Virus record (IMG/VR): IMGVR_UViG_3300032216_001965
Span: 1-64,000 of that record
Reading direction: 5' to 3' (one strand)
DNA length: 64,000 bases
Origin: a virus
Lineage: Duplodnaviria; Caudoviricetes
Part shown: positions 49,369-57,833 of the stretch, piece by piece
How positions within the stretch are numbered: the stretch's first letter is position 1
Layout of the letters: each line of letters opens with the position of its first letter
Made by a program: the position numbers and the translations under genes
Notes under the pieces: model-generated
What the model saw: only the letters and a program-made list of their open reading frames with translations
Database searches by the model: none
What the model was told of the DNA's origin: nothing

Positions 49369-50220
49369 ATGACAAAAAATTTACTAAAGCAAGTTATGAT
49401 TAGACCAGAAACGGGCAATAAATCTGAAGAGCCAACTTTTACTGATGGACTTATTGAGGCAATTAGGAATGGCTATACAGTTAACATAAAACCAAGATTT
49501 CAAAAAAAGACAACCTTTGCTCCTTCATCTTTGACATATGGAGCAGGTGAGTGTGCTAGATATTGGTATCTTGCATTTGAGGGTGGAATTTTTCATGATG
49601 ATGCAGATGCTTTTGGTGTAGCAAATAGAACTAGTGGCACACTTAGTCATGACAGAATTCAAGATGCTGTTATGAATGCTGGTCTTTTAGCAGAAGATAT
49701 GGAGTTTGATCCAGAACCAAGCAAGTACAAGAAACAAATTCATCCAGCACTAGAGTTTAGAATTAAACATGATGACCCACCAATTTCAGGGTATGGCGAT
49801 GTAATGCTTAATTATAATGGTCAAACCATTCTTGGTGAAATTAAAACCATGATGAATGAAGGTTTTGAATATAGGAAAGCAAGTAGGAAGCCAAAGACTG
49901 GCCACCTAATGCAATTAATTATGTATATGAAAATTCTCAAGAAAGATAAGGGGGCATTAATTTATGAAAATAAAAATAATCATGACCTACTTATTATTCC
50001 TGTAGAAGTAAACGATCATTACCGTCGGTGGGTAGACCAGGCATTTGATTGGATGCGTACAGTTCGCAAGGCATGGGAAGATAAAACTTTGCCTCAAAAA
50101 ACATATAGATCAAATTCAAAGATCTGTAAAGTTTGTCCATTACAAAAAACTTGTGCCGAAGCAGAGACAGGGGTAATTAAAATTAAACCTCTGGAGTTGC
50201 TGGAAGATGAAACATTGTAG
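49369..50220 (+). CDS. Cas4-like PD-(D/E)XK exonuclease
   Basis: ECARYWY; GYGDV...GEIKT; QLIMYM; CKVCPLQKTC (four-Cys Fe-S staple). Confidence 0.85.
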   Translation: MTKNLLKQVMIRPETGNKSEEPTFTDGLIEAIRNGYTVNIKPRFQKKTTFAPSSLTYGAGECARYWYLAFEGGIFHDDADAFGVANRTSGTLSHDRIQDAVMNAGLLAEDMEFDPEPSKYKKQIHPALEFRIKHDDPPISGYGDVMLNYNGQTILGEIKTMMNEGFEYRKASRKPKTGHLMQLIMYMKILKKDKGALIYENKNNHDLLIIPVEVNDHYRRWVDQAFDWMRTVRKAWEDKTLPQKTYRSNSKICKVCPLQKTCAEAETGVIKIKPLELLEDETL

Positions 50221-50488
50221 TTGGTGTGACACAGAATTTAAAACTGATATAAGTTATCAAATTTATTGCTCTGTTATTTGTAGAGAAAAAGCAACTAAGG
50301 AAAAAATTGCACAAAGATATGTAGTTTCAAAAAGACAAAAACGAAAAGGTAAAGACCGTTTATGCAAATCTTGTTTAAAACAATTATCAATATACAATGA
50401 TGATAATCTATGCAATTTATGTTTAGTTAATCCATTAGATGTGGTAAAGGCTTTAAAAGAAATAAAAGGTATAGCAAATGAAAAATAA
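50207..50488 (+). CDS. Cys-rich Zn-finger protein
   Basis: CSWC...CSVIC...CKSC...CNLC. Confidence 0.7.
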   Translation: MKHCSWCDTEFKTDISYQIYCSVICREKATKEKIAQRYVVSKRQKRKGKDRLCKSCLKQLSIYNDDNLCNLCLVNPLDVVKALKEIKGIANEK

Positions 50489-51065
50489 ATGGGGACTAGA
50501 GGTTAAGCCAAATACAATTTGCGCTATTGATGCTAGTACAAATAGTCTTGCTTTTGCATTATTTTCTGAAAATGATCTTAAGTCTGTAGGAAAAATTAAC
50601 TTTGATGGCGATGATATATATCAAAAGGTTATGGATGCTGGTAAAAAAGTAAAAGCATTTTTTGATATATATGGTGGATTTGAAGCAATAGTAATTGAGC
50701 ATACCGTGTTTATGAATAGTCCTAAAACTGCTGCAGACCTTGCTTTAGTTCAAGGTGCCATACTTGGATCAGCAGGACAGTCTGGAACAAGAATAATTGG
50801 AAAAGTTTCACCTATTACTTGGCAGAACTATATAGGAAATAAAAAAATATCTAAAGACGAACAACTTTTTATTCGTGCACAGCATCCTGGAAAATCTGTT
50901 TCTTGGTATAAAACATATGAAAGAAACCTTCGCAAAGAAAGAACTATAAAATTTATCAACACTATTTATGATAGAACTATTACTGATAACGATGTAGCAG
51001 ATGCCTGTGGTATTGGTTATTGGTCTATAAAAAACTGGGGTAAAGCAATAGGGATTGACAAATAA
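50478..51065 (+). CDS. RuvC-like Holliday junction resolvase
   Basis: CAIDAST, IVIEH, DVADACGI catalytic motifs. Confidence 0.8.
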   Translation: MKNKWGLEVKPNTICAIDASTNSLAFALFSENDLKSVGKINFDGDDIYQKVMDAGKKVKAFFDIYGGFEAIVIEHTVFMNSPKTAADLALVQGAILGSAGQSGTRIIGKVSPITWQNYIGNKKISKDEQLFIRAQHPGKSVSWYKTYERNLRKERTIKFINTIYDRTITDNDVADACGIGYWSIKNWGKAIGIDK

Positions 51066-51083
51066 CACTATGGCTGCTAAACT
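51055..51083 (+). promoter_or_regulatory. Promoter TTGACA-N17-TAAACT
   Basis: Perfect -35, TG-extended -10; overlaps the start of the 51070 ORF. Confidence 0.6.
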
Positions 51084-51225
51084 ATATACTAGTGAAACTT
51101 GGCTTAGAAAAAGATTTCTTATGGATAAAAAATCTCCACAAGAAATTGCTTTAGAGTGTGGAACAAGTGTAGAAACAATATATGTTTATTTGGCAAAATA
51201 TGGATTAAGGAAATCTAAAAGATGA
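51070..51225 (+). CDS. Small HTH protein (51 aa, absent from ORF track)
   Basis: MAAKLYTSETWLRKRFLMDKKSPQEIALECGTSVETIYVYLAKYGLRKSKR; SPQEIA...VETIY HTH pattern. Confidence 0.7.
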   Translation: MAAKLYTSETWLRKRFLMDKKSPQEIALECGTSVETIYVYLAKYGLRKSKR

Positions 51226-51344
51226 ATAAATTACAAAAGGCTGTTGCAGTTTTAACTATTGCAAGTGCTGTTGGAATTAGTTATGCACTCTATACCCTTA
51301 AAGGTTTGCCAGAAAGTTTTGACTGGGAGTTAGAAGATGAGTGA
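51222..51344 (+). CDS. Small single-pass membrane peptide (40 aa, absent from ORF track)
   Basis: MNKLQKAVAVLTIASAVGISYALYTLKGLPESFDWELEDE; overlaps both neighbours. Confidence 0.55.
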   Translation: MNKLQKAVAVLTIASAVGISYALYTLKGLPESFDWELEDE

Positions 51345-51579
51345 CAACCTAAATATAACAGTTGATCAAGTTAATAATCCTTTACACTATACATCTGATC
51401 CATCTGGTATTGAGTGCATTGAGATTACTCGCCATCGCAATTTTAACATTGGAAATGCATTTAAGTATTTATGGAGAGCAGGACTAAAAGATGAAGCCAA
51501 GACCATACAAGATCTAGAAAAAGCAATTTTCTATATTAAAGATGAAATAAATAGACTAGAGGGAAAGTATGTCAACTGA
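51337..51579 (+). CDS. DUF3310 family protein (T7 gp1.7-like nucleotide kinase family)
   Basis: VNNPLHYT...IECIEI...FNIGNAFKYLWRAGLK. Confidence 0.85.
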   Translation: MSDNLNITVDQVNNPLHYTSDPSGIECIEITRHRNFNIGNAFKYLWRAGLKDEAKTIQDLEKAIFYIKDEINRLEGKYVN

Positions 51580-52102
51580 AGAAGATTTAGTAAAGCATCT
51601 TGATCAAGTCAATAATGTAGTTGAAGAATATTTAAAGGGTAATGATCCAACGGTAATTTCAAAACAGTTAGACATACCAAGACAAAGAGTTGTTGCTTAT
51701 ATTGATGAATGGAAGACTATGGCTTCCGATAATGCTGCTATCCGTGCCCGTGCAAAAGAAGCACTTGTAGCAGCAGACACACATTACAGCAAATTAATTT
51801 CAAAATCATATGAAGTTATTGATGAAGCATCAATGACAAATAATCTTACTGCAAAAACAACAGCGATTAAACTTGTTATGGATATTGAATCTAAAAGAAT
51901 TGATATGCTACAAAAGGCTGGACTGCTTGAGAATAAAGAACTTGCAGAAGAAATGGTTGAGATTGAAAAACGACAAGAAGTTCTCATGTCAATTCTTAAA
52001 GATATAGCATCAGAGTATCCAGAAATTCGTGATGAAATTATGAGAAGACTTTCTTCTATTGCAAAAAATAATGAAGTAATTACTGTGGTGCATGATGGCT
52101 GA
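51569..52102 (+). CDS. Probable terminase small subunit
   Basis: N-terminal HTH (GNDPTVISKQLDIPRQRV) plus coiled coil; overlaps the TerL start. Confidence 0.6.
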   Translation: MSTEEDLVKHLDQVNNVVEEYLKGNDPTVISKQLDIPRQRVVAYIDEWKTMASDNAAIRARAKEALVAADTHYSKLISKSYEVIDEASMTNNLTAKTTAIKLVMDIESKRIDMLQKAGLLENKELAEEMVEIEKRQEVLMSILKDIASEYPEIRDEIMRRLSSIAKNNEVITVVHDG

Positions 52103-53876
52103 CTTTGGTGATTTTCTTGAGGCTTTAAAAAATAATAATTTTAAAGAAACCCCAGTAAATGCAAAAACATTTGTTGAGGGTGAAGACTACCTTGCTCAAC
52201 CACCACTATCACAAATACAATATGACATTGTTGAAGCAATGAGTCAAATATATAAAAAAGAAGACTTAATTGAACTGCTTGGTGAAGAAGAAGGCAGAAG
52301 ATATTATAAAAAATATACTAAGAATGAAATTATTCTGCAACTTGGCAAGGGATCTGGAAAAGACTTTGTATCAACTGTAGCATGTGCATATATAGTATAT
52401 AAACTATTATGTCTAAAAGACCCTGCTCGTTATTTTGGAAAGCCTTCTGGAGATGCCATTGACCTTATTAATGTGGCTATCAACGCACAGCAAGCAAAAA
52501 ATGTTTTCTTTAAAGGATTTAAAACAAAGATTGAAAAGTCACCATGGTTTGCTGGAAAGTATAACCCTAAAGCAGAAAGCATTGAGTTTGATAATGCAAT
52601 TACGGTTTACTCTGGTCACTCTGAAAGAGAATCTCATGAAGGATTGAACCTACTTCTTGCAGTACTAGATGAGATTTCTGGTTTTGCCAATGAAGTTGGT
52701 ACTGGAAATGATCAAGGGAAAACTGCTGACAATATTTATAAAGCCTTCCGTGCCTCTGTTGATTCTCGCTTTCCAGACTTAGGAAAGGTAGCACTTCTTT
52801 CATTCCCAAGATATCCAGGAGACTTTATTTCACAAAAATATGATGATGTAATTGTAGAAAAAGATGTCATCAAAAAAGATCATACTTTTATAATGAATGA
52901 GGATTTGCCAGAAGATGCTGAAGGAAATAAACTATCTATTACTTGGGATGAAGATAGTATTGTTTCTTATAAGTATCCTGGTGTTTTTGCATTAAAACGC
53001 CCTACATGGATTGTTAACCCAACAAGAAAGATAGATGACTTTAAGTTAGCCTTTTACACAGACCTTGGTGATGCAATGCAAAGATTTGCATGTGTACCAA
53101 CCTATTCAACTGATGCATTTTTTAAACAACAAGAAAAAGTTAGAGCGTGTATGACAATTAGAAACCCAATTGATACATACAAAAGATTTGATGAAACATT
53201 TAAACCAGATCCAAATAAAAAATATTATGTACATGCTGACCTTGCACAAAAGCACGATAAGTGTGCTGTAGCAATTGCACATGTAGAAAAATGGGTAAAT
53301 ATTCAGGTAATTAAAGACTATCAACAAGTTGCGCCAGTAGTTGTAGTAGATGCTGTAGTATATTGGGAACCAAAAGTTGAAGGACCAGTAAACCTTTCTG
53401 AGGTAAAACTATGGATTCAAAATCTTAGAAGACAAGGATTTGATATTGGAATGGTTTCCTTTGACCGCTGGCAGTCATTTGATATTCAAAATGAATTAAA
53501 GCAAGTAGGAATGAGAACTGAAACTGTTTCTGTTGCTAAAAAACACTATGAGGATATGGCAATGCTTGTTTATGAGGAAAGACTTGTTATGCCAGCAATT
53601 GAACTTTTGTTTGAAGAACTAACAGAATTAAAAATCATGAAAAATAATAGAGTTGACCACCCAAGAAAATCTTCTAAGGACTTAGCAGATGCTGTGTGTG
53701 GAGCAATATTTGGGGCTATATCACATACCCCAAAAAATATAGATGAAGAGGTTGAGATTCATACCTTTAGAGATAAATCTAAAGATCAATTTGACTCAAA
53801 TGCTTCAAATGTGATACACTATAAACCTATGCCAAAAGATGTAAAAGATTATTTGGATAGATTCGATCTACTATAA
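52092..53876 (+). CDS. Terminase large subunit
   Basis: Walker A LGKGSGKD, Walker B AVLDE, nuclease HADLA...SFDRWQ...KDLADAVCG. Confidence 0.92.
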   Translation: MMADFGDFLEALKNNNFKETPVNAKTFVEGEDYLAQPPLSQIQYDIVEAMSQIYKKEDLIELLGEEEGRRYYKKYTKNEIILQLGKGSGKDFVSTVACAYIVYKLLCLKDPARYFGKPSGDAIDLINVAINAQQAKNVFFKGFKTKIEKSPWFAGKYNPKAESIEFDNAITVYSGHSERESHEGLNLLLAVLDEISGFANEVGTGNDQGKTADNIYKAFRASVDSRFPDLGKVALLSFPRYPGDFISQKYDDVIVEKDVIKKDHTFIMNEDLPEDAEGNKLSITWDEDSIVSYKYPGVFALKRPTWIVNPTRKIDDFKLAFYTDLGDAMQRFACVPTYSTDAFFKQQEKVRACMTIRNPIDTYKRFDETFKPDPNKKYYVHADLAQKHDKCAVAIAHVEKWVNIQVIKDYQQVAPVVVVDAVVYWEPKVEGPVNLSEVKLWIQNLRRQGFDIGMVSFDRWQSFDIQNELKQVGMRTETVSVAKKHYEDMAMLVYEERLVMPAIELLFEELTELKIMKNNRVDHPRKSSKDLADAVCGAIFGAISHTPKNIDEEVEIHTFRDKSKDQFDSNASNVIHYKPMPKDVKDYLDRFDLL

Positions 53877-53894
53877 AGAAAAGGAATAAATTAA

Positions 53895-55022
53895 ATGAAC
53901 TCATTTAAGAAAATCGCTATAGCCATGGTTGCAGCCATGACTACCGCAACAATCGTAGCATCACCTGCAAGTGCTGCTGTAATGACAGTCGCTGTATCTC
54001 TAGATGGAACTGCTAACACAACAGCATCCGCTATTGCTACACCTGCATCATTGCCAGTCCCTGCAGACAATTCAGTCGACGCTGCTGACGCACTAAAGTT
54101 TATTGCAACAGTTGATGTTGGAACAAACGTAACAGTTTCAGCAACAAATGCAACAATCGTGTCTGCACTACACACATCTGCTGCACCAGTAGGAGCAACA
54201 TCAGGATCATCATCTTTGACAGTTGCAACTGGTACAGGAACAACAGCAACATTTTATGTCTACACAAAGACAACAGCAATTGGTACAGTTGTAATCACCA
54301 ATGGTGGAACACAACTTACATACTACGTACAGGGAACTGCTGGCAAGATTAACTCTCTTACAGTCTCTGCACCAACATCAGGTGCTGCTGGTACAAAGCA
54401 AGATATCACAGTAACTGCAACAGATACATTTGGTAACAAGGTATCAGGTAAGTCAATTACTGCAACAGTATTTGCTGCTACAGCAACACTAGATTCAGCA
54501 ACAGCAACAACTGGTGCTACACTTTCAGACTTTGGAGTTGCTACATTTAAGGCAACACTTCCAACAACTGGAACACGCTCACTAATAACATTTGCACCAA
54601 CAACATCATCTGATGCAACAACTGCAGATGTAGTTGGTCTTCCTGCTCGTGCACTTGCACCATTTGCAGAAATTGCAGTTCGTGATCTAGTATCAGAACT
54701 TGCTGCACAGGTTGCTGCTAAGGATGCAGCACTTGCTGCTAAGGCTATTGCAGATGCTGCAGTTGTAAAGGCTAACGCTGATGCTGCTGCTGCTAAGGTT
54801 GCTTCAGATGCTGCTCTTGCAGCAGAGAAGGCTGCTTCTGCAAAGGCACTTGCTGATGCAAAGACTGCACACGATGCAGTTGTAGTTGCTAAGGATGCAC
54901 AGATTGCTAAGTTGACTGCAGATAATGCTGCTACAATTGCAAATCTTAAGGCATCATTCAATGCACTTGCTAAGCAGTGGAATGCAAAGAATCCAAAGGC
55001 TAAGGTTACTTTAGTTAAGTAA
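53895..55022 (+). CDS. Secreted surface-type protein (signal peptide, Ig-like Thr-rich domains, coiled-coil tail)
   Basis: MNSFKKIAIAMVAAMTTATIVASPASA|A Sec signal; Ala/Lys coil; strong codon bias similar to the capsid gene. Confidence 0.7.
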   Translation: MNSFKKIAIAMVAAMTTATIVASPASAAVMTVAVSLDGTANTTASAIATPASLPVPADNSVDAADALKFIATVDVGTNVTVSATNATIVSALHTSAAPVGATSGSSSLTVATGTGTTATFYVYTKTTAIGTVVITNGGTQLTYYVQGTAGKINSLTVSAPTSGAAGTKQDITVTATDTFGNKVSGKSITATVFAATATLDSATATTGATLSDFGVATFKATLPTTGTRSLITFAPTTSSDATTADVVGLPARALAPFAEIAVRDLVSELAAQVAAKDAALAAKAIADAAVVKANADAAAAKVASDAALAAEKAASAKALADAKTAHDAVVVAKDAQIAKLTADNAATIANLKASFNALAKQWNAKNPKAKVTLVK

Positions 55023-55036
55023 TTAGTCCAACACTA

Positions 55037-55068
55037 AAGGGGTTACCAATTACGGTAGCCCCTTTTTT
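55037..55068 (+). terminator. Intrinsic terminator
   Basis: aaggggttacc / ggtagcccctt stem plus U-tract. Confidence 0.85.
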
Positions 55069-55079
55069 GTGCAATAAAA

Positions 55080-55088
55080 TGGTATAAT
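55080..55088 (+). promoter_or_regulatory. Extended -10 promoter (TGGTATAAT)
   Basis: Directly after the terminator, upstream of the PA14 gene. Confidence 0.7.
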
Positions 55089-55127
55089 CATCCTAACAGA
55101 CATCTTGTTTCTAAGGGGGAAAGGTAA

Positions 55128-57248
55128 ATTAAAAGATTAATACGCATAATAATAGCGTCAATATTGGCTTTTGGATGGCTATTAATATCCCCACAACATG
55201 CTCACTCTGACGATCCCTTAACAGTAGCAGCCCAAGAAATTCAAAGCCTAAACTCTGCGGTAGATAAATTAGAGTACAAACAAGGTTTAATAGATCTAAT
55301 TGACATAGCAGAAAATAAATTTATGTCTGCTAAAAGTATGAAAGAGACAACAGATATTGCTGCTAAAGCCTATGATAATGCAGTAAGCCAGGAGGCTGAT
55401 GCACTTTCTGCAAAAATATCTGCACAAGAAATAGTTGATTTACAACAATTAGTCGTTGATCAAACACTACAAAATAAAAATGATGCAAAAGACAATCTTG
55501 ATTTAGCAAATATTAATCTTAATACAGCACAATCAAATTTACAAAGTGCAAGTGGTGCTGGGTTAAAATACGATGTTTATAGTTTAATTAGACAAAATGG
55601 ACAGGCTGTTCCATATCAATACCTATGTTCTGGTATTTTAAATGGAAACTCTATGTCTCCTGGCACTGCAACATGTGGATATTATCAAAATTTTATTGTT
55701 AAGTTTACTGGAAAAATAACAGTTCCATCATGGTTTACATCAACAAAATTTGCAGGATATACAGATGATGGTTTTAAAATGTATGTCAATGGAAACCTTG
55801 CTATAAATAATTGGCGGGAGCAAGGAACTACTTGGAGTGCATACTCTCCCATATATGATGTAAGTGAAGAAAAAGCATTAAATGTAGAAATTTGGTGGTA
55901 TAACGGTGGTGGTCCAGGATACTATAGTTTGGGTTGGGCAATACTTGGAGGCTGGACTAGTGCTGGTTGTGATTATTCTGGAAATCCAAGAGTCTGGGGA
56001 CAAAACTTTAGTTGTAACTTAAATACATTTTCATCTGGATCTGGGGCAACACAAGAACAACTTTCCGCTTATGATAAAGCACTTGCTGATAAGAATACAG
56101 CACAACAAAATTATAATGATAAAGTAACTATTTATAATGCAGAAGTAGCAACATTAAATGCAGATAATCAAACTTTAACAAATAAAATATCTGAATACGA
56201 TAATGCTGTCATTAATACAGCAAATAATTTAGATGCTAAAATTAATACAGCACAAGGTTATAAAAATCAACTTAATGATTTAAATAATGCAATTGATGAC
56301 GCATGGCGTTACTATGATGAGCAATCACAAAAAGAAATTCAAAGAGCAATTGCTCAAGCAGCAGCAAATGCTGCAGCAAATCAGCCTAAGCCAGAGCCTT
56401 CTCCAGAACCAAAGCCAACAGTTGAGCCACCAAAGCCTAAGCCATCTGCTCCACCTACACTACCAGCAGATGAACAGCCAAATCCAAAACCAACTGGTAG
56501 TAGCAATACTGATAATGCAAATAATAATAACCCAACACCAAAACCTATTGAGCAACCAAAACCAGAGCCAAAGCCTACACAAGAACCCAAGCCTGATCCA
56601 AAACCTACTATTGCTCCAGAACCAAAGCCAGAACCCACTCCAGAGCCTCCTGCACCTGAGCCAAAGCCATTGCCAAGACCAGACTTTAAGCCAGCAGAAA
56701 ACATTGATCCAGTAATTAAAGATGCAGTTTTAGCAGCACTTATTCCTGAAAAAGGCAGCGGTACGTCAGAAGACTTATCTGGAGTTATAGCAAATCTTAC
56801 TAGCAAAGATAATAAACTAGTTAAATTATCACCAGAACAAACAGCAGCAGTTAGCCAAACACTTAAGGCTTTAACACAAGAAGCAAAAACACAAGTTGCT
56901 GAAAATCTTGGTATTTCTGCATCAGAAGTTGCAAAAGTTGCAGATCAGATGAAATCCAATCCAGCACTTGCTGCAGCATTTATTGCATTTAATGATAAAG
57001 CAGCAAAAGCGGGAGATACTCCAATGCCATTTACATTGGCAGATGCAGTAACAGAGGTTCAAACAGATGCATTCCTTCAAGATCCACTAGGAGCAGTATT
57101 TAATGTGGATGTAAAAGCATTACTATCTAATTTCTCTGAGTTAGGTAGCGATATGACAGATGATCAGAGAGAAAAAGCACAAGAAGTAGTTGTCCCAGTG
57201 GTCATTGTGTCACAAATTGCAGGGGCAATGATAAGGAGGAACAAATGA
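55128..57248 (+). CDS. Secreted PA14-domain protein with coiled coils and Pro-rich linker
   Basis: Signal peptide KRLIRIIIASILAFGWLLISPQHAHS (complete only from an ATT start at 55128; the track starts at TTG 55164); PA14 motif FTGKITVP...YTDDGFKMYVNG...EIWWYNGGG; (PE/PK)n linker. Confidence 0.7.
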   Translation: MKRLIRIIIASILAFGWLLISPQHAHSDDPLTVAAQEIQSLNSAVDKLEYKQGLIDLIDIAENKFMSAKSMKETTDIAAKAYDNAVSQEADALSAKISAQEIVDLQQLVVDQTLQNKNDAKDNLDLANINLNTAQSNLQSASGAGLKYDVYSLIRQNGQAVPYQYLCSGILNGNSMSPGTATCGYYQNFIVKFTGKITVPSWFTSTKFAGYTDDGFKMYVNGNLAINNWREQGTTWSAYSPIYDVSEEKALNVEIWWYNGGGPGYYSLGWAILGGWTSAGCDYSGNPRVWGQNFSCNLNTFSSGSGATQEQLSAYDKALADKNTAQQNYNDKVTIYNAEVATLNADNQTLTNKISEYDNAVINTANNLDAKINTAQGYKNQLNDLNNAIDDAWRYYDEQSQKEIQRAIAQAAANAAANQPKPEPSPEPKPTVEPPKPKPSAPPTLPADEQPNPKPTGSSNTDNANNNNPTPKPIEQPKPEPKPTQEPKPDPKPTIAPEPKPEPTPEPPAPEPKPLPRPDFKPAENIDPVIKDAVLAALIPEKGSGTSEDLSGVIANLTSKDNKLVKLSPEQTAAVSQTLKALTQEAKTQVAENLGISASEVAKVADQMKSNPALAAAFIAFNDKAAKAGDTPMPFTLADAVTEVQTDAFLQDPLGAVFNVDVKALLSNFSELGSDMTDDQREKAQEVVVPVVIVSQIAGAMIRRNK

Positions 57249-57472
57249 AAATAATCAATAAAGCCATCAACCTGGTAGGCAAAATGCTCAAGGGATTAAT
57301 CAAATGGTTTAAAGATGCAGGAATGGAATTAATTGCACAGGCATTCACCCTCCTTGGCTTCTTTATAGCATGGCTAACTTTGACGGGATCAGCAAGAGAC
57401 ATTGTTGGAATTGCAGTACTTGCAACAACAGTTATTTGGTTAATTACAATCCCACTAAGAAAGGAGGACTAA
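57245..57472 (+). CDS. Small membrane protein (2 TM; holin-like or PA14-protein partner)
   Basis: Two hydrophobic segments; ATGA overlap with the PA14 gene. Confidence 0.6.
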   Translation: MKIINKAINLVGKMLKGLIKWFKDAGMELIAQAFTLLGFFIAWLTLTGSARDIVGIAVLATTVIWLITIPLRKED

Positions 57473-57473
57473 A

Positions 57474-57761
57474 ATGGCAACTAAAAAAGTAGTAGTAGAG
57501 GCTCCAAAGAAGGAGCATCCACAAAAGGCTTTGACGAATGTTTTGATGCGTATTGTAGCGGTATTTGCAGCATCAGGACTATCAGTCTTAGGAGCAGGAG
57601 CCGTAGTAGGAATTGATACAGTTCAAGCAGTTATGCTTGCAGGACTATTAGGAGTAGCAACAGTTATTGAAAGACTGGCAAGGGCTTTTTTGGACGATGG
57701 AAGGCTATCATTAGCAGAAATAAATGATGCATTTAAGACTGTAGACAAAAAGGCTAATTAA
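57474..57761 (+). CDS. Small membrane protein (2 TM; holin-like)
   Basis: RIVAVFAASGLSVLGAGAVVG...VMLAGLLGVATVIE hydrophobic hairpin with charged tail. Confidence 0.6.
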   Translation: MATKKVVVEAPKKEHPQKALTNVLMRIVAVFAASGLSVLGAGAVVGIDTVQAVMLAGLLGVATVIERLARAFLDDGRLSLAEINDAFKTVDKKAN

Positions 57762-57777
57762 TCATTATTAAATTGGT

Positions 57778-57807
57778 TTGACATCCCCTTTTAGGTAATG
57801 GTATACT
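57778..57807 (+). promoter_or_regulatory. Promoter TTGACA-N18-TATACT with TG extension
   Basis: Near-consensus; heads the modifying-enzyme cluster. Confidence 0.75.
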
Positions 57808-57833
57808 TTATATATCCTAGAAGGGGATTCTAC

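Noticed and set aside
49369-50220. CRISPR-Cas system
   Set aside because: Solitary Cas4-like nuclease; no repeat-spacer array or other cas genes; all tandem repeats are coding and lack spacers
7955-53876. Inteins or introns in RNR, DnaB, DnaE, RecA or TerL
   Set aside because: Proteins have normal lengths with contiguous motifs; no Hint or homing-endonuclease insertions seen
53891-56806. Minus-strand ORFs over the two secreted-protein genes (54323-54961, 56381-56806)
   Set aside because: Mirror images of Ala-rich and Pro-rich sense repeats
57798-57833. ORF-track start sites at 57798, 60407, 48311 and 21588
   Set aside because: These upstream starts overlap promoters or upstream genes or lack an SD; downstream ATGs fit the SD or -10 spacing better
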